Origin: a virus
Taxonomy: Duplodnaviria; Caudoviricetes
IMG/VR virus record: IMGVR_UViG_3300037205_000035
Span: 1 to 63,395 of that record
Direction: 5' to 3' (one strand)
Length of the DNA: 63,395 nucleotides
The notes beneath the pieces are model-generated. The model worked only from the letters and a program-made list of their open reading frames with translations. It was not told where the DNA came from and searched no databases. The translations under genes and the position numbers were made by a program. Positions 10,831 through 19,945 of the stretch are shown one piece after another; positions within the stretch are counted from its first letter, which is position 1, and each line of letters begins with the position of its first letter.

Positions 10831-12263
10831 TGAGGCCGCAGAGACTCTACAATAATGTTCGCCTATTGGATGGTGCAGGCCCCTGCCTAGAGAACGTGCG
10901 CCGCCTAGATCAAGGTGCAATGCCTATGATACAGAGCATGGCACGTACTGGATTGCAGATTGACCTATCCCACTTCAAAGAGATGGAAGGAACTCTTGAA
11001 CGGGACATGGACAAGATCACAGAGGAAGTCAGAGAGCTTACCGGCTACTACATCAATGTAGACTCTGGTGATCAAGTCTCTGACCTCTTATTCAAGAAGA
11101 TGGGCCTTAAGCAAGCTCGTCTGAAGATGACCAAAAGCGGAGATAGAGAGTCTGTAGAGGATGAAGTACTCACAGCTATTCAGCACGATCACCCTGTAGT
11201 GCCTAAGATCCTTGAATACAAAGAGTTTTCTAAGCTACTCGGTACTTATGTGCGCCCTATGCCTAAACTGGCTAGGAAGGTAGGGCCTAATGAGTGGCGC
11301 ATGTTCCCCAACTTCAACACTACGCGAGTACCTAGTGGTCGCCTAAGTTGTAAAGAGCCTAACTTGCTTGCTATGCCCACTCGTACAGATAGAGGCAGGG
11401 AGATCAGGAATGGATTCATTACACGTCCGGGTTGGTGCTATCTCTCGGTCGATGAATCGCAAATCGAGCCTAGGATAGCTGCACACCGTAGTAAAGATGA
11501 AGCTCTCATCAACGTATACCTCAACGAAGAAGATATCTATAGCGACTTTGCTACAGCAGCATTCAAGCTTAAGGATGAGCGCTACTTTGACAAAGAAGCT
11601 CTCAAGTGGAAGTACCCCACAGTAAACAAAGACGATCACAGACGACCGGCTAAGACCTGTGTACTAGCTTCTATCTATGATGTGACTGGTTTAGGACTCA
11701 GTGACCAGATGCCCGTAGTTTGTAAAAATTGCAACTGGTTGAGCCTTCCTACATCTGATAAGAATTACACAAGACACCCATGCCACAAGTTTGAATCTTT
11801 ATGGGGGGAGAACAAATGCACTGACCTTATCAACTCTTTCTACCTTAAGTATCGCGGTCTAATGCTGATGAGAAAAGCTGATCATCGGTATATGATGCAA
11901 CACGCTCTCATGGTGGATATGTGGGGCAGGATACTGCATGTTCAGGCTGTCAGGAGCATATTAGAGTGGGTAGTCGCAACAGCATTAAGGGAAGGTAGTA
12001 ACTTCCCGATTCAAAGCTCAGCACAGGGTACAGTCAAGTTAGCTATGGCAGCTATCTATGATGATATGGAAGATGCGGGCATGTTTGAGGTAGCTAATGT
12101 TTTACTTCAGGTCCATGACGAGCTACTGTTTGAGGTTCGTAATGATTACGCTCAGGATCTCATGGAACTTGTTAAGTACAGATTCGAGACTTGCGTACAA
12201 CTCGACGTGCCTATAAAAGCTGGTGGGGTGATGGCTGAAAATTGGGGGGCATTACCTAAATGA
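10827..12263 (+). CDS. polA: DNA polymerase family A, polymerase domain
   Basis: SGRLSCKEPNL, motif A DESQIEPR, motif B RRPAKTCVLASIY, motif C QVHDELL. Confidence 0.92.
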   Translation: MMRPQRLYNNVRLLDGAGPCLENVRRLDQGAMPMIQSMARTGLQIDLSHFKEMEGTLERDMDKITEEVRELTGYYINVDSGDQVSDLLFKKMGLKQARLKMTKSGDRESVEDEVLTAIQHDHPVVPKILEYKEFSKLLGTYVRPMPKLARKVGPNEWRMFPNFNTTRVPSGRLSCKEPNLLAMPTRTDRGREIRNGFITRPGWCYLSVDESQIEPRIAAHRSKDEALINVYLNEEDIYSDFATAAFKLKDERYFDKEALKWKYPTVNKDDHRRPAKTCVLASIYDVTGLGLSDQMPVVCKNCNWLSLPTSDKNYTRHPCHKFESLWGENKCTDLINSFYLKYRGLMLMRKADHRYMMQHALMVDMWGRILHVQAVRSILEWVVATALREGSNFPIQSSAQGTVKLAMAAIYDDMEDAGMFEVANVLLQVHDELLFEVRNDYAQDLMELVKYRFETCVQLDVPIKAGGVMAENWGALPK

Positions 12264-12547
12264 CATTCATGGAAGATACCTTAGCCAGATTGGTAGAGAT
12301 CATAAACCACAATCTTAAGCAGCATAATCTGCATGTAGAACTTATGTACATGTATTCAAATAGTACAGTATTAGGATATCTACACTACACTATGCCTAGC
12401 GGGCAGCTTAGCTCTGAGGAGTTAAATTTACATCCAGATATGCAGTTCACTCAGGATGGAATAGCTAAATCTATTGTAGAAGCTAGGGGCAGGCTGTATG
12501 ATCGAATCACTCGCGGAGTTTCCCTCTAACTTTTATTCAAAAAAGGG

Positions 12548-12576
12548 TTGACATACCTATGCCTATGTGGCATACT
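12548..12576 (+). promoter_or_regulatory. Sigma70 promoter for the ncRNA array/Ro60 operon, with ACCTATGCCTA in the spacer
   Basis: TTGACA-17-CATACT. Confidence 0.7.
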
Positions 12577-12609
12577 AGTTTCAGGTGGTTGTCCCTAGTA
12601 AGTCTCCTA

Positions 12610-12664
12610 AGCGGGCTACTTAGTAATCAGTGTAGCCCGCTCATCCCACCGAGTTCTTTGACAA
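12610..12664 (+). promoter_or_regulatory. Leader hairpin plus boxA-like antitermination element
   Basis: AGCGGGCTAC/GTAGCCCGCT hairpin, then GTTCTTTGACAA (12653-12664), similar to rrn boxA. Confidence 0.45.
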
Positions 12665-12667
12665 GAT

Positions 12668-12770
12668 TCCTGCTATACTTGAGAGCTTACATGTGCTGAT
12701 CGGTTCAGCGCAAGCCTCTGGCGCTTGAGAAACGGTTCAAATCCGTCTTAGCTCTCTGATCTCAGCAGGA
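12668..12770 (+). ncRNA. Y-RNA-like unit 1 (D-like arm, anticodon arm CTG, T arm)
   Basis: TCCTGCT..AGCAGGA and GAGAGC..GCTCTC stems, TACT/GATCT internal loop, TTACATG, CAAGC-CTCTGGC-GCTTG, ACGG-TTCAAAT-CCGT. Confidence 0.75.
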
Positions 12771-12778
12771 TAACATAT

Positions 12779-12922
12779 TCCCGACGCACTGTAATGCTTA
12801 CATGGTAAAACATAACCCTTTAAACGGTTAGATTCTTGGTTCAAATCCAAGCCTCCCCACCATTCACCTTTTTCATATGGGGAGGTTGTTTAAAAACAAC
12901 TAGCAGGACGATCTCGCCGGGA
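12779..12922 (+). ncRNA. Y-RNA-like unit 2 carrying a circularly permuted tRNA
   Basis: TCCCGACG..CGCCGGGA, CACT/GATCT, TTACATG; TAACC/GGTTA arm, CTTGG-TTCAAAT-CCAAG, CTCCCCA-CCA...TGGGGAG, GTTGTT/AACAAC. Confidence 0.75.
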
Positions 12923-12932
12923 TACAAAATAT

Positions 12933-13000
12933 GCCCAAGTCATCTAATGGTAGGATACCGTGACGACGGAAATTCAGGTTCGAGTCCTGACTTGGTACCA
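12933..13000 (+). tRNA. Degenerate tRNA-like RNA with encoded CCA and shortened anticodon arm
   Basis: CCAAG/CTTGG acceptor, D loop AATGGT, TCAGG-TTCGAGT-CCTGA, ends ACCA; anticodon arm only CCG-TGACGA-CGG. Confidence 0.55.
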
Positions 13001-13004
13001 AGCT

Positions 13005-13128
13005 TCCAGCTACACTCTTGAGCTTACATGCAGATGCAAATCTGATTACAGGTTCGAGTCCTGTGTCTACTGTTCGCAGTTGACTACTCTAATTGGCAAG
13101 AGACAACCGCTCTAGGATCTTAGCTGGA
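13005..13128 (+). ncRNA. Y-RNA-like unit 3 (YrlA-like topology: T arm, UUCG-closed acceptor stem, D arm)
   Basis: TCCAGCT..AGCTGGA, CACT/GATCT, TTACATG, CAGAT-GCAA-ATCTG, ACAGG-TTCGAGT-CCTGT, GTCTACTG-TTCG-CAGTTGAC, CTCT-AATTGGCA-AGAG. Confidence 0.8.
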
Positions 13129-13135
13129 TTAAGTT

Positions 13136-13219
13136 CTGCCCTTACTCTATTGCCTACATGATTGCTCGAAAGAGCACCAGACTGCTAATCTGACACTAAC
13201 GCAATATAATCTAGGGCAG
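13136..13219 (+). ncRNA. Y-RNA-like unit 4 (GNRA hairpin plus anticodon arm GCT)
   Basis: CTGCCCT..AGGGCAG, TACT/AATCT, ATTGC/GCAAT, CTACATG, TGCTC-GAAA-GAGCA, CAGA-CTGCTAA-TCTG. Confidence 0.7.
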
Positions 13220-13227
13220 TTTTATTT

Positions 13228-14802
13228 ATGACAAACGAAAAGGGGCTAAGCCCTAACCAACTCATCAGTGAGCTAACCAAGTCTCCTCACGGAGAACTCA
13301 GGGAGTACCTGACAGTAGGATCTCTGGCAGCTAAAGAGAACCCTGATTTATTTGCTCACCTCATTGCTTGGAACATGAGGAATGGGCAAATCAGGGACTC
13401 TAAGAAAGCTCTCCCTGTTATCGCTCTCACCAATCCCACATTACACGAGGACCATAGAGAGAACGCACTAGCTCACCTCGCTATGCTGTCTCCTCGTGAG
13501 TTCTGCCTAGCCTACCGATTTGCTCTCGATATCCGACCTAAAGGCTATATGAGCAGACTACGTAAGCTCGTAGTGGAGTACTTGCGTGATCTTGAGTCCG
13601 ATCGGCATGGGTGGAATCGCGCTGCTGTACAACACCGCAACAGTCTTGCTCAATTGTACTCTCTGTCTCATGCTGAACGCTCTCCCGCGATTGGATCTAT
13701 TCTGTTTGGTGGTGATGGTAGCAAGAGGCGCAATCGGGAGAAGATCAAGGGTGTGCTGCCACGAGGTTCTGTGTTTGAAGCTATTGCTACGCTCAAAGAT
13801 ATGGGGCCTACAGAAGCAGCAGGCGTAATCATTACACGCAAGATTCCATTTCTCGTGGCGATTGGAGCGTTAGGGGCTAAGGCTAAAGATCCTGTACTCG
13901 TGCAGGCTTTACTAAGCTCCATGTCTCCTACTGAGGTTGTCACTAACGTTAAGGCATTCGAGAGGCTGGGAGTCAAGACTGTACCGGCCTTGAAAGCTGC
14001 ATTTGAGGAAGCAATCGGTAGAGTTGCCAACAGTAAGAACAAGAGCAACACATTCAAGACTGCCCAAGCAATTGAAGCAGTAGATGATGAAGTGATCAAG
14101 GAAAAGTTGAAGGGGGTACAAGAGAAGCAGATTGCCAACATGAAAGGTATTGAGGGCAACTGGTTAGTACTTGGGGATGCAAGCGGAAGTATGTCAGCCT
14201 GTATAGAGGGAGCTAGAAATGTAGCGGCTACTCTGGCTAAGATGGTGAGAGGTAAAGTTACCTTAACCTTCTTCAACTATGCCCCGTACTCATTTGATGT
14301 AAGTGGGATGGATTACTCTGATATTGCCCGCAAGACTGCTCACATTACAGCACAGGGGGCTACAAGTATCGGGTGTGGGTTATTGTTGGCGATTGGAAAC
14401 AAAGCAGAGATTGATGGTATTGCCATTGTCTCTGATGCCGCTGAGAACCATCAACCATTGTTCGCTGACGTGTATAGAGCCTACAAGCAAAGTATCAACA
14501 AGGACATTCCAGTGTATCTGTTCCGAATGGGGTCTAAGAAGCCCACTGCATCTGTACCATCGGGAGCATATATGAGGGCTAGTCAGTTTGATCTTGCACA
14601 CTCTATGCAGGCTACTGGTGCGGATTTACAAGAGTTCGACTTGAATGGGACTGTAGACTACTATGGACTGCCCAACATTATACAGACTCTCAGGTGTAAT
14701 CGTTACAGCCTACTTCAAGAGATCATGGATACTCCGTTGAAGACTGTTGACCAAGTTCTTAACAGGCAGAAAAGGGAAGTAAAACATGTTGTTTTTGCCT
14801 AA
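13228..14802 (+). CDS. Ro60/Rsr-like TROVE domain + vWA protein
   Basis: Helical N-terminal ~300 aa (MSPTEVVTN...ERLG), then vWA MIDAS VLGDASGSMS, GATS, IVSD; flanked by Y-like RNAs. Confidence 0.75.
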   Translation: MTNEKGLSPNQLISELTKSPHGELREYLTVGSLAAKENPDLFAHLIAWNMRNGQIRDSKKALPVIALTNPTLHEDHRENALAHLAMLSPREFCLAYRFALDIRPKGYMSRLRKLVVEYLRDLESDRHGWNRAAVQHRNSLAQLYSLSHAERSPAIGSILFGGDGSKRRNREKIKGVLPRGSVFEAIATLKDMGPTEAAGVIITRKIPFLVAIGALGAKAKDPVLVQALLSSMSPTEVVTNVKAFERLGVKTVPALKAAFEEAIGRVANSKNKSNTFKTAQAIEAVDDEVIKEKLKGVQEKQIANMKGIEGNWLVLGDASGSMSACIEGARNVAATLAKMVRGKVTLTFFNYAPYSFDVSGMDYSDIARKTAHITAQGATSIGCGLLLAIGNKAEIDGIAIVSDAAENHQPLFADVYRAYKQSINKDIPVYLFRMGSKKPTASVPSGAYMRASQFDLAHSMQATGADLQEFDLNGTVDYYGLPNIIQTLRCNRYSLLQEIMDTPLKTVDQVLNRQKREVKHVVFA

Positions 14803-15352
14803 TAAAACTTGGAATATCATGGCTGAGTTTGGTCACAGAGCCTTTCGAGATGAGGGGCACATGATCTCTGTTATACTTTTTGAGGTTACAGGGGATTGGG
14901 GACCACCAGACCCATCAGACCGCCTAACTATCCTACAACAGCTTGATCTAGCTTCAAGGTTGGGTGATAGCTGGGATAATTTAATCTACAGCTTACAGCA
15001 GTTGTATGGGACTGTGGGAGAAAAAGAAAGGAATAGAAAGAAGAAGATGATTAACGAACTGAAGAACGCAAATGTGAACCGGCCCGATACTGAGGAGCTT
15101 GTAGCCCTGCTCTCATTTGCATGGTCACTGTCTAAAACTTACTCAGAACTCAAGATTGAGACTCCTGATTGGCTGGACTCTCGAACAAAGGAGATTACAC
15201 GAGAGATCAACATGAGAGAGCTTGCTAATAAAGACAAGCGCATCAAAGAAGTTGAGGCAAGGCTTACCAGCCTTGAAAGCACTGAAGAGAAAAAGGCAAG
15301 GCTGAAGCGGGAGCTTGATGAGTTGAAAGGCTCTACATCAGCAGCCGTATAA
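14786..15352 (+). CDS. Hypothetical protein with C-terminal coiled coil (alternative start 15047)
   Basis: Charged heptad C-terminus; followed by a terminator. Confidence 0.55.
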   Translation: MLFLPNKTWNIMAEFGHRAFRDEGHMISVILFEVTGDWGPPDPSDRLTILQQLDLASRLGDSWDNLIYSLQQLYGTVGEKERNRKKKMINELKNANVNRPDTEELVALLSFAWSLSKTYSELKIETPDWLDSRTKEITREINMRELANKDKRIKEVEARLTSLESTEEKKARLKRELDELKGSTSAAV

Positions 15353-15374
15353 CAACAACACACTGAGAAAGGAC

Positions 15375-15402
15375 AAGGGTAGCTAAACAGCTACCCTTTT
15401 TT
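15375..15402 (+). terminator. Rho-independent terminator
   Basis: AAGGGTAGCT-AAAC-AGCTACCCTT-TTTT. Confidence 0.8.
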
Positions 15403-16024
15403 ATGCTACAAGCACCTAACACACCACGAGAACAGATCACAAGAGATGGCCCCTACCACATGATAGGCTCTATGAAATACGGAACAGGAACAGTAGCTAA
15501 TGAGTCAGGAACAGGCCCAGCACTGTGCAGAAAGTGCAGACAAGTAGCATCGCCCGCACATTGTAGAAATGGAGCAGGAGAGGATATGCAAGTGTACTGT
15601 GGGAACTGCTGCCCGAACTGTGTAGTGTTCAGAAAGTATAACTCATGATTAACCCTAGACATATCACAGTTCCCAGCAAATACAAGTACAAAGGTAGGAT
15701 CTTTTGGGGCGGGATTCATTGGTGGGTATATCCACTAGCAAATGGTAACACTCTCATATTCGCCCGCAAAACTTGGAGAGAAGCTATGGACTGGATCATA
15801 AAGGAGTGCTCGTAATGACTACACAATTAACTCAACCGATACCCCTACAAACCCCTCGCGGCCCCGCCCTTGCATACCTAGTCATAGATCCGGGGTTGGA
15901 TCACGATCTCCAATGGGTATGCTTCCTAAAAAATGGTGAATCGTGGACTTTTCGCAACCCGGACATAAGACTGGCCGACAATTACACAATGGGACGATTA
16001 AACCACGTAAAATTGGAATAATGG

Positions 16025-16053
16025 TTGACAGTTGTACCGCTTCATGATATAGT
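16025..16053 (+). promoter_or_regulatory. Sigma70 promoter
   Basis: TTGACA-17-TATAGT with extended TG; ATG 7 nt downstream. Confidence 0.75.
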
Positions 16054-16060
16054 TAGTTAC

Positions 16061-16201
16061 ATGGAAAAACAAGTCAACCTGACAATAACAATGTCAGAAG
16101 AACTAAGGTACAAATTGAAACAGTTAGCCCTTGATTCCAGATCAACTCTCAAAGATGTAGTAATCAAGATCTTAGAGGAGGTGGTAAATGGCAAAGCGTA
16201 A
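16061..16201 (+). CDS. Ribbon-helix-helix (CopG/Arc-like) protein, 46 aa, not in the ORF track
   Basis: MEKQVNLTITMSEELRYKLKQLALDSRSTLKDVVIKILEEVV. Confidence 0.7.
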   Translation: MEKQVNLTITMSEELRYKLKQLALDSRSTLKDVVIKILEEVVNGKA

Positions 16202-16249
16202 AGACTCCCTCCCGCTACACATCGCCAGAAATGAGGAGTTCCCAACCCT

Positions 16250-16630
16250 ATGAAGAACACGTTCGCACCACCCCCCACCAAAGAGCCTGAGATCATTCCT
16301 GATGTAAGAGAACTGATTGATGACGTAAAGACCCGCAACCTTCTTGCAAAGCTTATTACTCAGTCAATTGATTGGGCAGCAGCAGAAAAGGAAGCAAAGA
16401 AAGCTCGTGAACCAATCACAACCCAGATCAAGAAGATACTTGGAGACTATGAGGTTGGCAAGGCTGTATGTAATGGTTACAGGCTCAACTACTTCAACTC
16501 TCCCAGATCAAGTATCAGCAAAGAACTTCTGTTGTCTAATGGCGTGAGTCCTGCCATTATTGCGAAATGCACAACCATGTCTAACTCTTATACATTGCGG
16601 ATAACAGCACCGGGGGAAGAAGATGAGTAA
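16250..16630 (+). CDS. Hypothetical protein
   Basis: 126-aa ORF in the operon downstream of the 16025 promoter. Confidence 0.6.
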   Translation: MKNTFAPPPTKEPEIIPDVRELIDDVKTRNLLAKLITQSIDWAAAEKEAKKAREPITTQIKKILGDYEVGKAVCNGYRLNYFNSPRSSISKELLLSNGVSPAIIAKCTTMSNSYTLRITAPGEEDE

Positions 16631-17009
16631 TTTACCAGAACATTATGTAGCTAGTGATGGGTCTATCCACAGCTTAACTTGTCTGGGTCTAGCTTGTGAT
16701 AGGGGATGTGAGTGGCTTAATGAGGAACTAGAATTACAGAAAGGGGAAGAAGATGAGTAAACAAATAGAGACTCTTGATAGGATCGGGGGAGAATTGCAC
16801 AACCTCTGTGTAGACACCCAACCAAGATCAGATCGTGATATCAACTTCAGGCTCAACTCTGCTCTTGAAGTTGCGCGAGATCAAGTCTACTATGCAGCCC
16901 GCATACTCAGGAAACGCATACCTGACCCCCGCCAACCTAGTTTGTTTGAGGAAGCTCAAGAGATGGTGAAATGGTGTGACCGATGCCAGAACCCGAAAGG
17001 AGCATGTAC

Positions 17010-17732
17010 ATGCCCGTAATGATTACAGCCGATAAAGAACTTGAGAAGACTAAAAAAGAAGCTCTCGTGCAGAGCCGACCGCTGCTAACCCAAGCTACTG
17101 CTCTACTTGTTGTAGATGAGCCTAGCTACATTGCTGCTGATGATCTCAGAGCTAAGATCAAGGCATCTCGTAAAGTGTTCTGGGACCGAATCACAAAGGC
17201 TGTCACACCCGCATATCAAGCATTGCAGGAGCTTTACAGCATTCGTAATGACCTGACTAAGCCTCTTGATGATGCTGATGAGGTTATTACGAGTAAGATG
17301 AAGGCATTCAAGGTGAGAGAGGCCGCAAGAGTTAGGGAGGAGGAGAGAAGGAAAGAGATTGAGGCCGCTAAACTCAGAGAGCAAGCAGCAGAGAAGTTGA
17401 GACGGGAGGAGACGGCTAAAACTGCCCAGATGCAGGCTAAGCTTGCAATGCAGCGGGAAGCACTAGAGGAGAAAGCAGAAGAGGTAGAGGCAAGACCAAT
17501 TGAGACTGTCAGAGCAGCCAATAGTAGCACTAGGACTATAACAAAGATCAGAGTAGTAGACAAGATAGCACTGCTAAAAGCTATTGTTGCTGGTGACCTA
17601 CCGCTTGATTTGGTAGATGTGGATATGTCTGTCTTTAATCAGGTGATCAAGCAGCTTGATAAAGATACGGCAATGCAGGTAGGGTGTGAGATTTATGAGG
17701 ACGTGCAGATTGTCAGCGGGAGGAGGGCATGA
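17010..17732 (+). CDS. Coiled-coil phage protein
   Basis: AAGGAG upstream of ATG 17010; long E/R/A heptads. Confidence 0.65.
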   Translation: MPVMITADKELEKTKKEALVQSRPLLTQATALLVVDEPSYIAADDLRAKIKASRKVFWDRITKAVTPAYQALQELYSIRNDLTKPLDDADEVITSKMKAFKVREAARVREEERRKEIEAAKLREQAAEKLRREETAKTAQMQAKLAMQREALEEKAEEVEARPIETVRAANSSTRTITKIRVVDKIALLKAIVAGDLPLDLVDVDMSVFNQVIKQLDKDTAMQVGCEIYEDVQIVSGRRA

Positions 17733-18000
17733 GAGTAGCACTTGAAGGCATCGGAGAGCTTAGGTTCTGGTTCAAGCACACACCTAAAGCTACAGTCATA
17801 TTCTGTACAGTTGGTGACACTGCCCCTATCCAGACTCACTCTCATCTTGCTAGGGGTGACTCCTACTGCAAGGCTACAGGTCGAAGGATTGCCCTAACCA
17901 GATTACTTGGGTGGGGCATGGTGCTATCTAGGGAACAGCGTAAGCTAATTTGGGCAGAGTACTTCAAGCAACACGCTGACCTGAAAAAATAACGAGCAAT

Positions 18001-18053
18001 AAAAAAGGCCCTCAGTCATCTCCTGTTTTAGGGGAGATGCTGAGGGCCTTTTT
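18001..18053. terminator. Bidirectional terminator between convergent operons
   Basis: A7-GGCCCTCAG...CTGAGGGCC-T5. Confidence 0.8.
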
Positions 18054-18095
18054 GCGTAATGATTACGCTTTCTTCTTAGGTGGATTCCATAAGGT

Positions 18096-19400
18096 TTAAG
18101 CCTTTTTGGACTTCGGGGCTACCCATTCCCCTGTAATTTTTGCCAACTGGGTATAGAGCATCTTATCTGTAAGAACACCAGCAAAGCACGACTTGAATGC
18201 TTCACCAATCTTGCTCACGATAGGGTAACTACCGGGTATCGCAAGCTCAGTAACAACCTTACGCATCTCAGTAGCATTGAGCGGTACAGCATCACCCGCA
18301 CCAGCTTTAGCAGCCGCCTTAGCCACAGTTCCAGCTTTCACTTCAACCTTACCTTCTTTGGCTTCAGCTTTCTTCTGTTCCCGCAACTCCTTCAGCTTGT
18401 TAGCCCGCTCTTGAACATCAGCCTCAAGCTTGCTAACTTTTGCCTCAGCTTTCTCAACTTCCTTCTGCTTGATAGCCTTAAGCCGTTCAGCTTCACGAGC
18501 TACTGCTTCAGCCGCTTTGAAAGCCTCTTGAGCCGCTTTCTTAGCTTCATCATCAGTCGCTTTCTTCTTGTCAGCAAACGCCTGCGCCGACCGATCATTA
18601 GCCTTTACAAGAGCATCTACAACCTTATCCGCTTCTGCCTTAGCATCAGCCAAAGCTTTCTTAGCGGCTTCGATCTTCTCGCCCTCCTGAGCAGTTTTCT
18701 TCTCAGATTCCAAGAACTTCGTTTCGTCAGCGTCTTCTTCTTCAAGCCGCTTCAGAGTCTCATTCTTAGCATCATCGTAAATCTCATCCACTTTAGCCTT
18801 AGGATCAATACCTTTAGACTGAGCTACTTTGTATGCTTTCATCAACTCGTACGCAGCCGCAACTCCAACTAAGCCCTCGTGAATGTCCTTTTGAATCTTC
18901 TTGGGCAATTCCAGAAAGCTGATAGTCATGTTCACGAACGAGTTAGATGCGGGCTGAATCTGGTTGCCAACTGCCCGTCGCTTGAACATGGTGCGAATCT
19001 CAATGCGGGGAACACCAGCATCAAGCAGAGCTTTCATAGCTTTTGCATCATCCATTGGAGAGTTGTCTTCCCGCTCAGTGTTGTGCATCAACTGCCGTTT
19101 AACACGGTCAATGTCACTGAGAGGCTCATGAATCTCAGCCGGAATATATAATCCCGCACCTGAATCATTAGCTTTGAGAAGACCAGCCAGCCGGTAATGG
19201 CCGTCGATAACTTCGTGAGTGAAATTCTCATCACCCTCAAGCTCAACAACCTCAATAGCTGTCTGTACTCCCCCCTGCTCGATAATGGAATCCTTCATGG
19301 ACTCCACACGAGTCTTAAGCAACCCGAAACGATAATTCTTGTCTGCCTTGATCCGACTAGGATCAAGCATCCAGATCTGTTTTTCAACTTCAGTATTCAT
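18096..19400 (-). CDS. ParB/Srx-domain protein with long A/K/E coiled-coil tail
   Basis: SMKDSIIEQGGVQTAIEV...VIDGHYRL...HNTEREDNSPMDDAKA; AAAGGA before ATG 19400. Confidence 0.8.
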   Translation of the reverse strand: MNTEVEKQIWMLDPSRIKADKNYRFGLLKTRVESMKDSIIEQGGVQTAIEVVELEGDENFTHEVIDGHYRLAGLLKANDSGAGLYIPAEIHEPLSDIDRVKRQLMHNTEREDNSPMDDAKAMKALLDAGVPRIEIRTMFKRRAVGNQIQPASNSFVNMTISFLELPKKIQKDIHEGLVGVAAAYELMKAYKVAQSKGIDPKAKVDEIYDDAKNETLKRLEEEDADETKFLESEKKTAQEGEKIEAAKKALADAKAEADKVVDALVKANDRSAQAFADKKKATDDEAKKAAQEAFKAAEAVAREAERLKAIKQKEVEKAEAKVSKLEADVQERANKLKELREQKKAEAKEGKVEVKAGTVAKAAAKAGAGDAVPLNATEMRKVVTELAIPGSYPIVSKIGEAFKSCFAGVLTDKMLYTQLAKITGEWVAPKSKKA

Positions 19401-19567
19401 ATTGTCCTTTGTTTTGATTTGCGCTGTATACGCTGTTGCTGTACCTACGATAACACCCCCACAGTCTATATCAACATAAATCGACATTAATAAAACTTAT
19501 AGGAGTATAAGAGAATTGAGAACCAACTACTTCAAACGTAGTAGGTGGAGGTGTAATGATTACGATC

Positions 19568-19613
19568 TCCAGACTTCCTATGCGGAAGTTTCGGCCTCAG
19601 CCTCATCAGTGGA
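19568..19613 (-). ncRNA. Hammerhead ribozyme 1 (type I)
   Basis: TCCA CTGATGA GGC-TGAG-GCC GAAA CTTCC-GCATA-GGAAG TC/TGGA. Confidence 0.85.
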
Positions 19614-19614
19614 T

Positions 19615-19884
19615 TCAGTAGGTGGGTTTAAAAGCCATGTCATTATCTAGCTTTAACCTCTGGTGGGGTGTAGATTCTATCACTTTAACTATCTGTAGGT
19701 AAGCTGCCCTATCTGTAAGACCCCCCATCATAAGACTAACTAAGGTGCCCCCAATTGCCCTAGTGCCAGGAACAGTAGAAGGTACGGCTAAATCTCTGAT
19801 AAATTTCCGTATCTCTGGGGCTGATAACGGAACTAGTCTATTGTCTTTTTTTGTAGTGGCCACTCGTCGTCTTGTGTCTGCCAT
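19615..19884 (-). CDS. Hypothetical protein
   Basis: GGAG SD within hammerhead 2. Confidence 0.65.
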   Translation of the reverse strand: MADTRRRVATTKKDNRLVPLSAPEIRKFIRDLAVPSTVPGTRAIGGTLVSLMMGGLTDRAAYLQIVKVIESTPHQRLKLDNDMAFKPTY

Positions 19885-19892
19885 ATTTAACT

Positions 19893-19945
19893 CTCCAGAC
19901 CAAGCTAGATAGCTCGGTTTCGCGCTTGTGCGCTCCTCAGTGGAG
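19893..19945 (-). ncRNA. Hammerhead ribozyme 2 (type I)
   Basis: CTCCA CTGAGGA GCGC-ACAA-GCGC GAAA CCGAGCT-ATCT-AGCTTGG TC/TGGAG. Confidence 0.88.

Noticed and set aside
12933-13000. Functional canonical tRNA
   Set aside because: Anticodon arm has 3 bp and a 6-nt loop and the acceptor stem is imperfect; kept only as tRNA-like.
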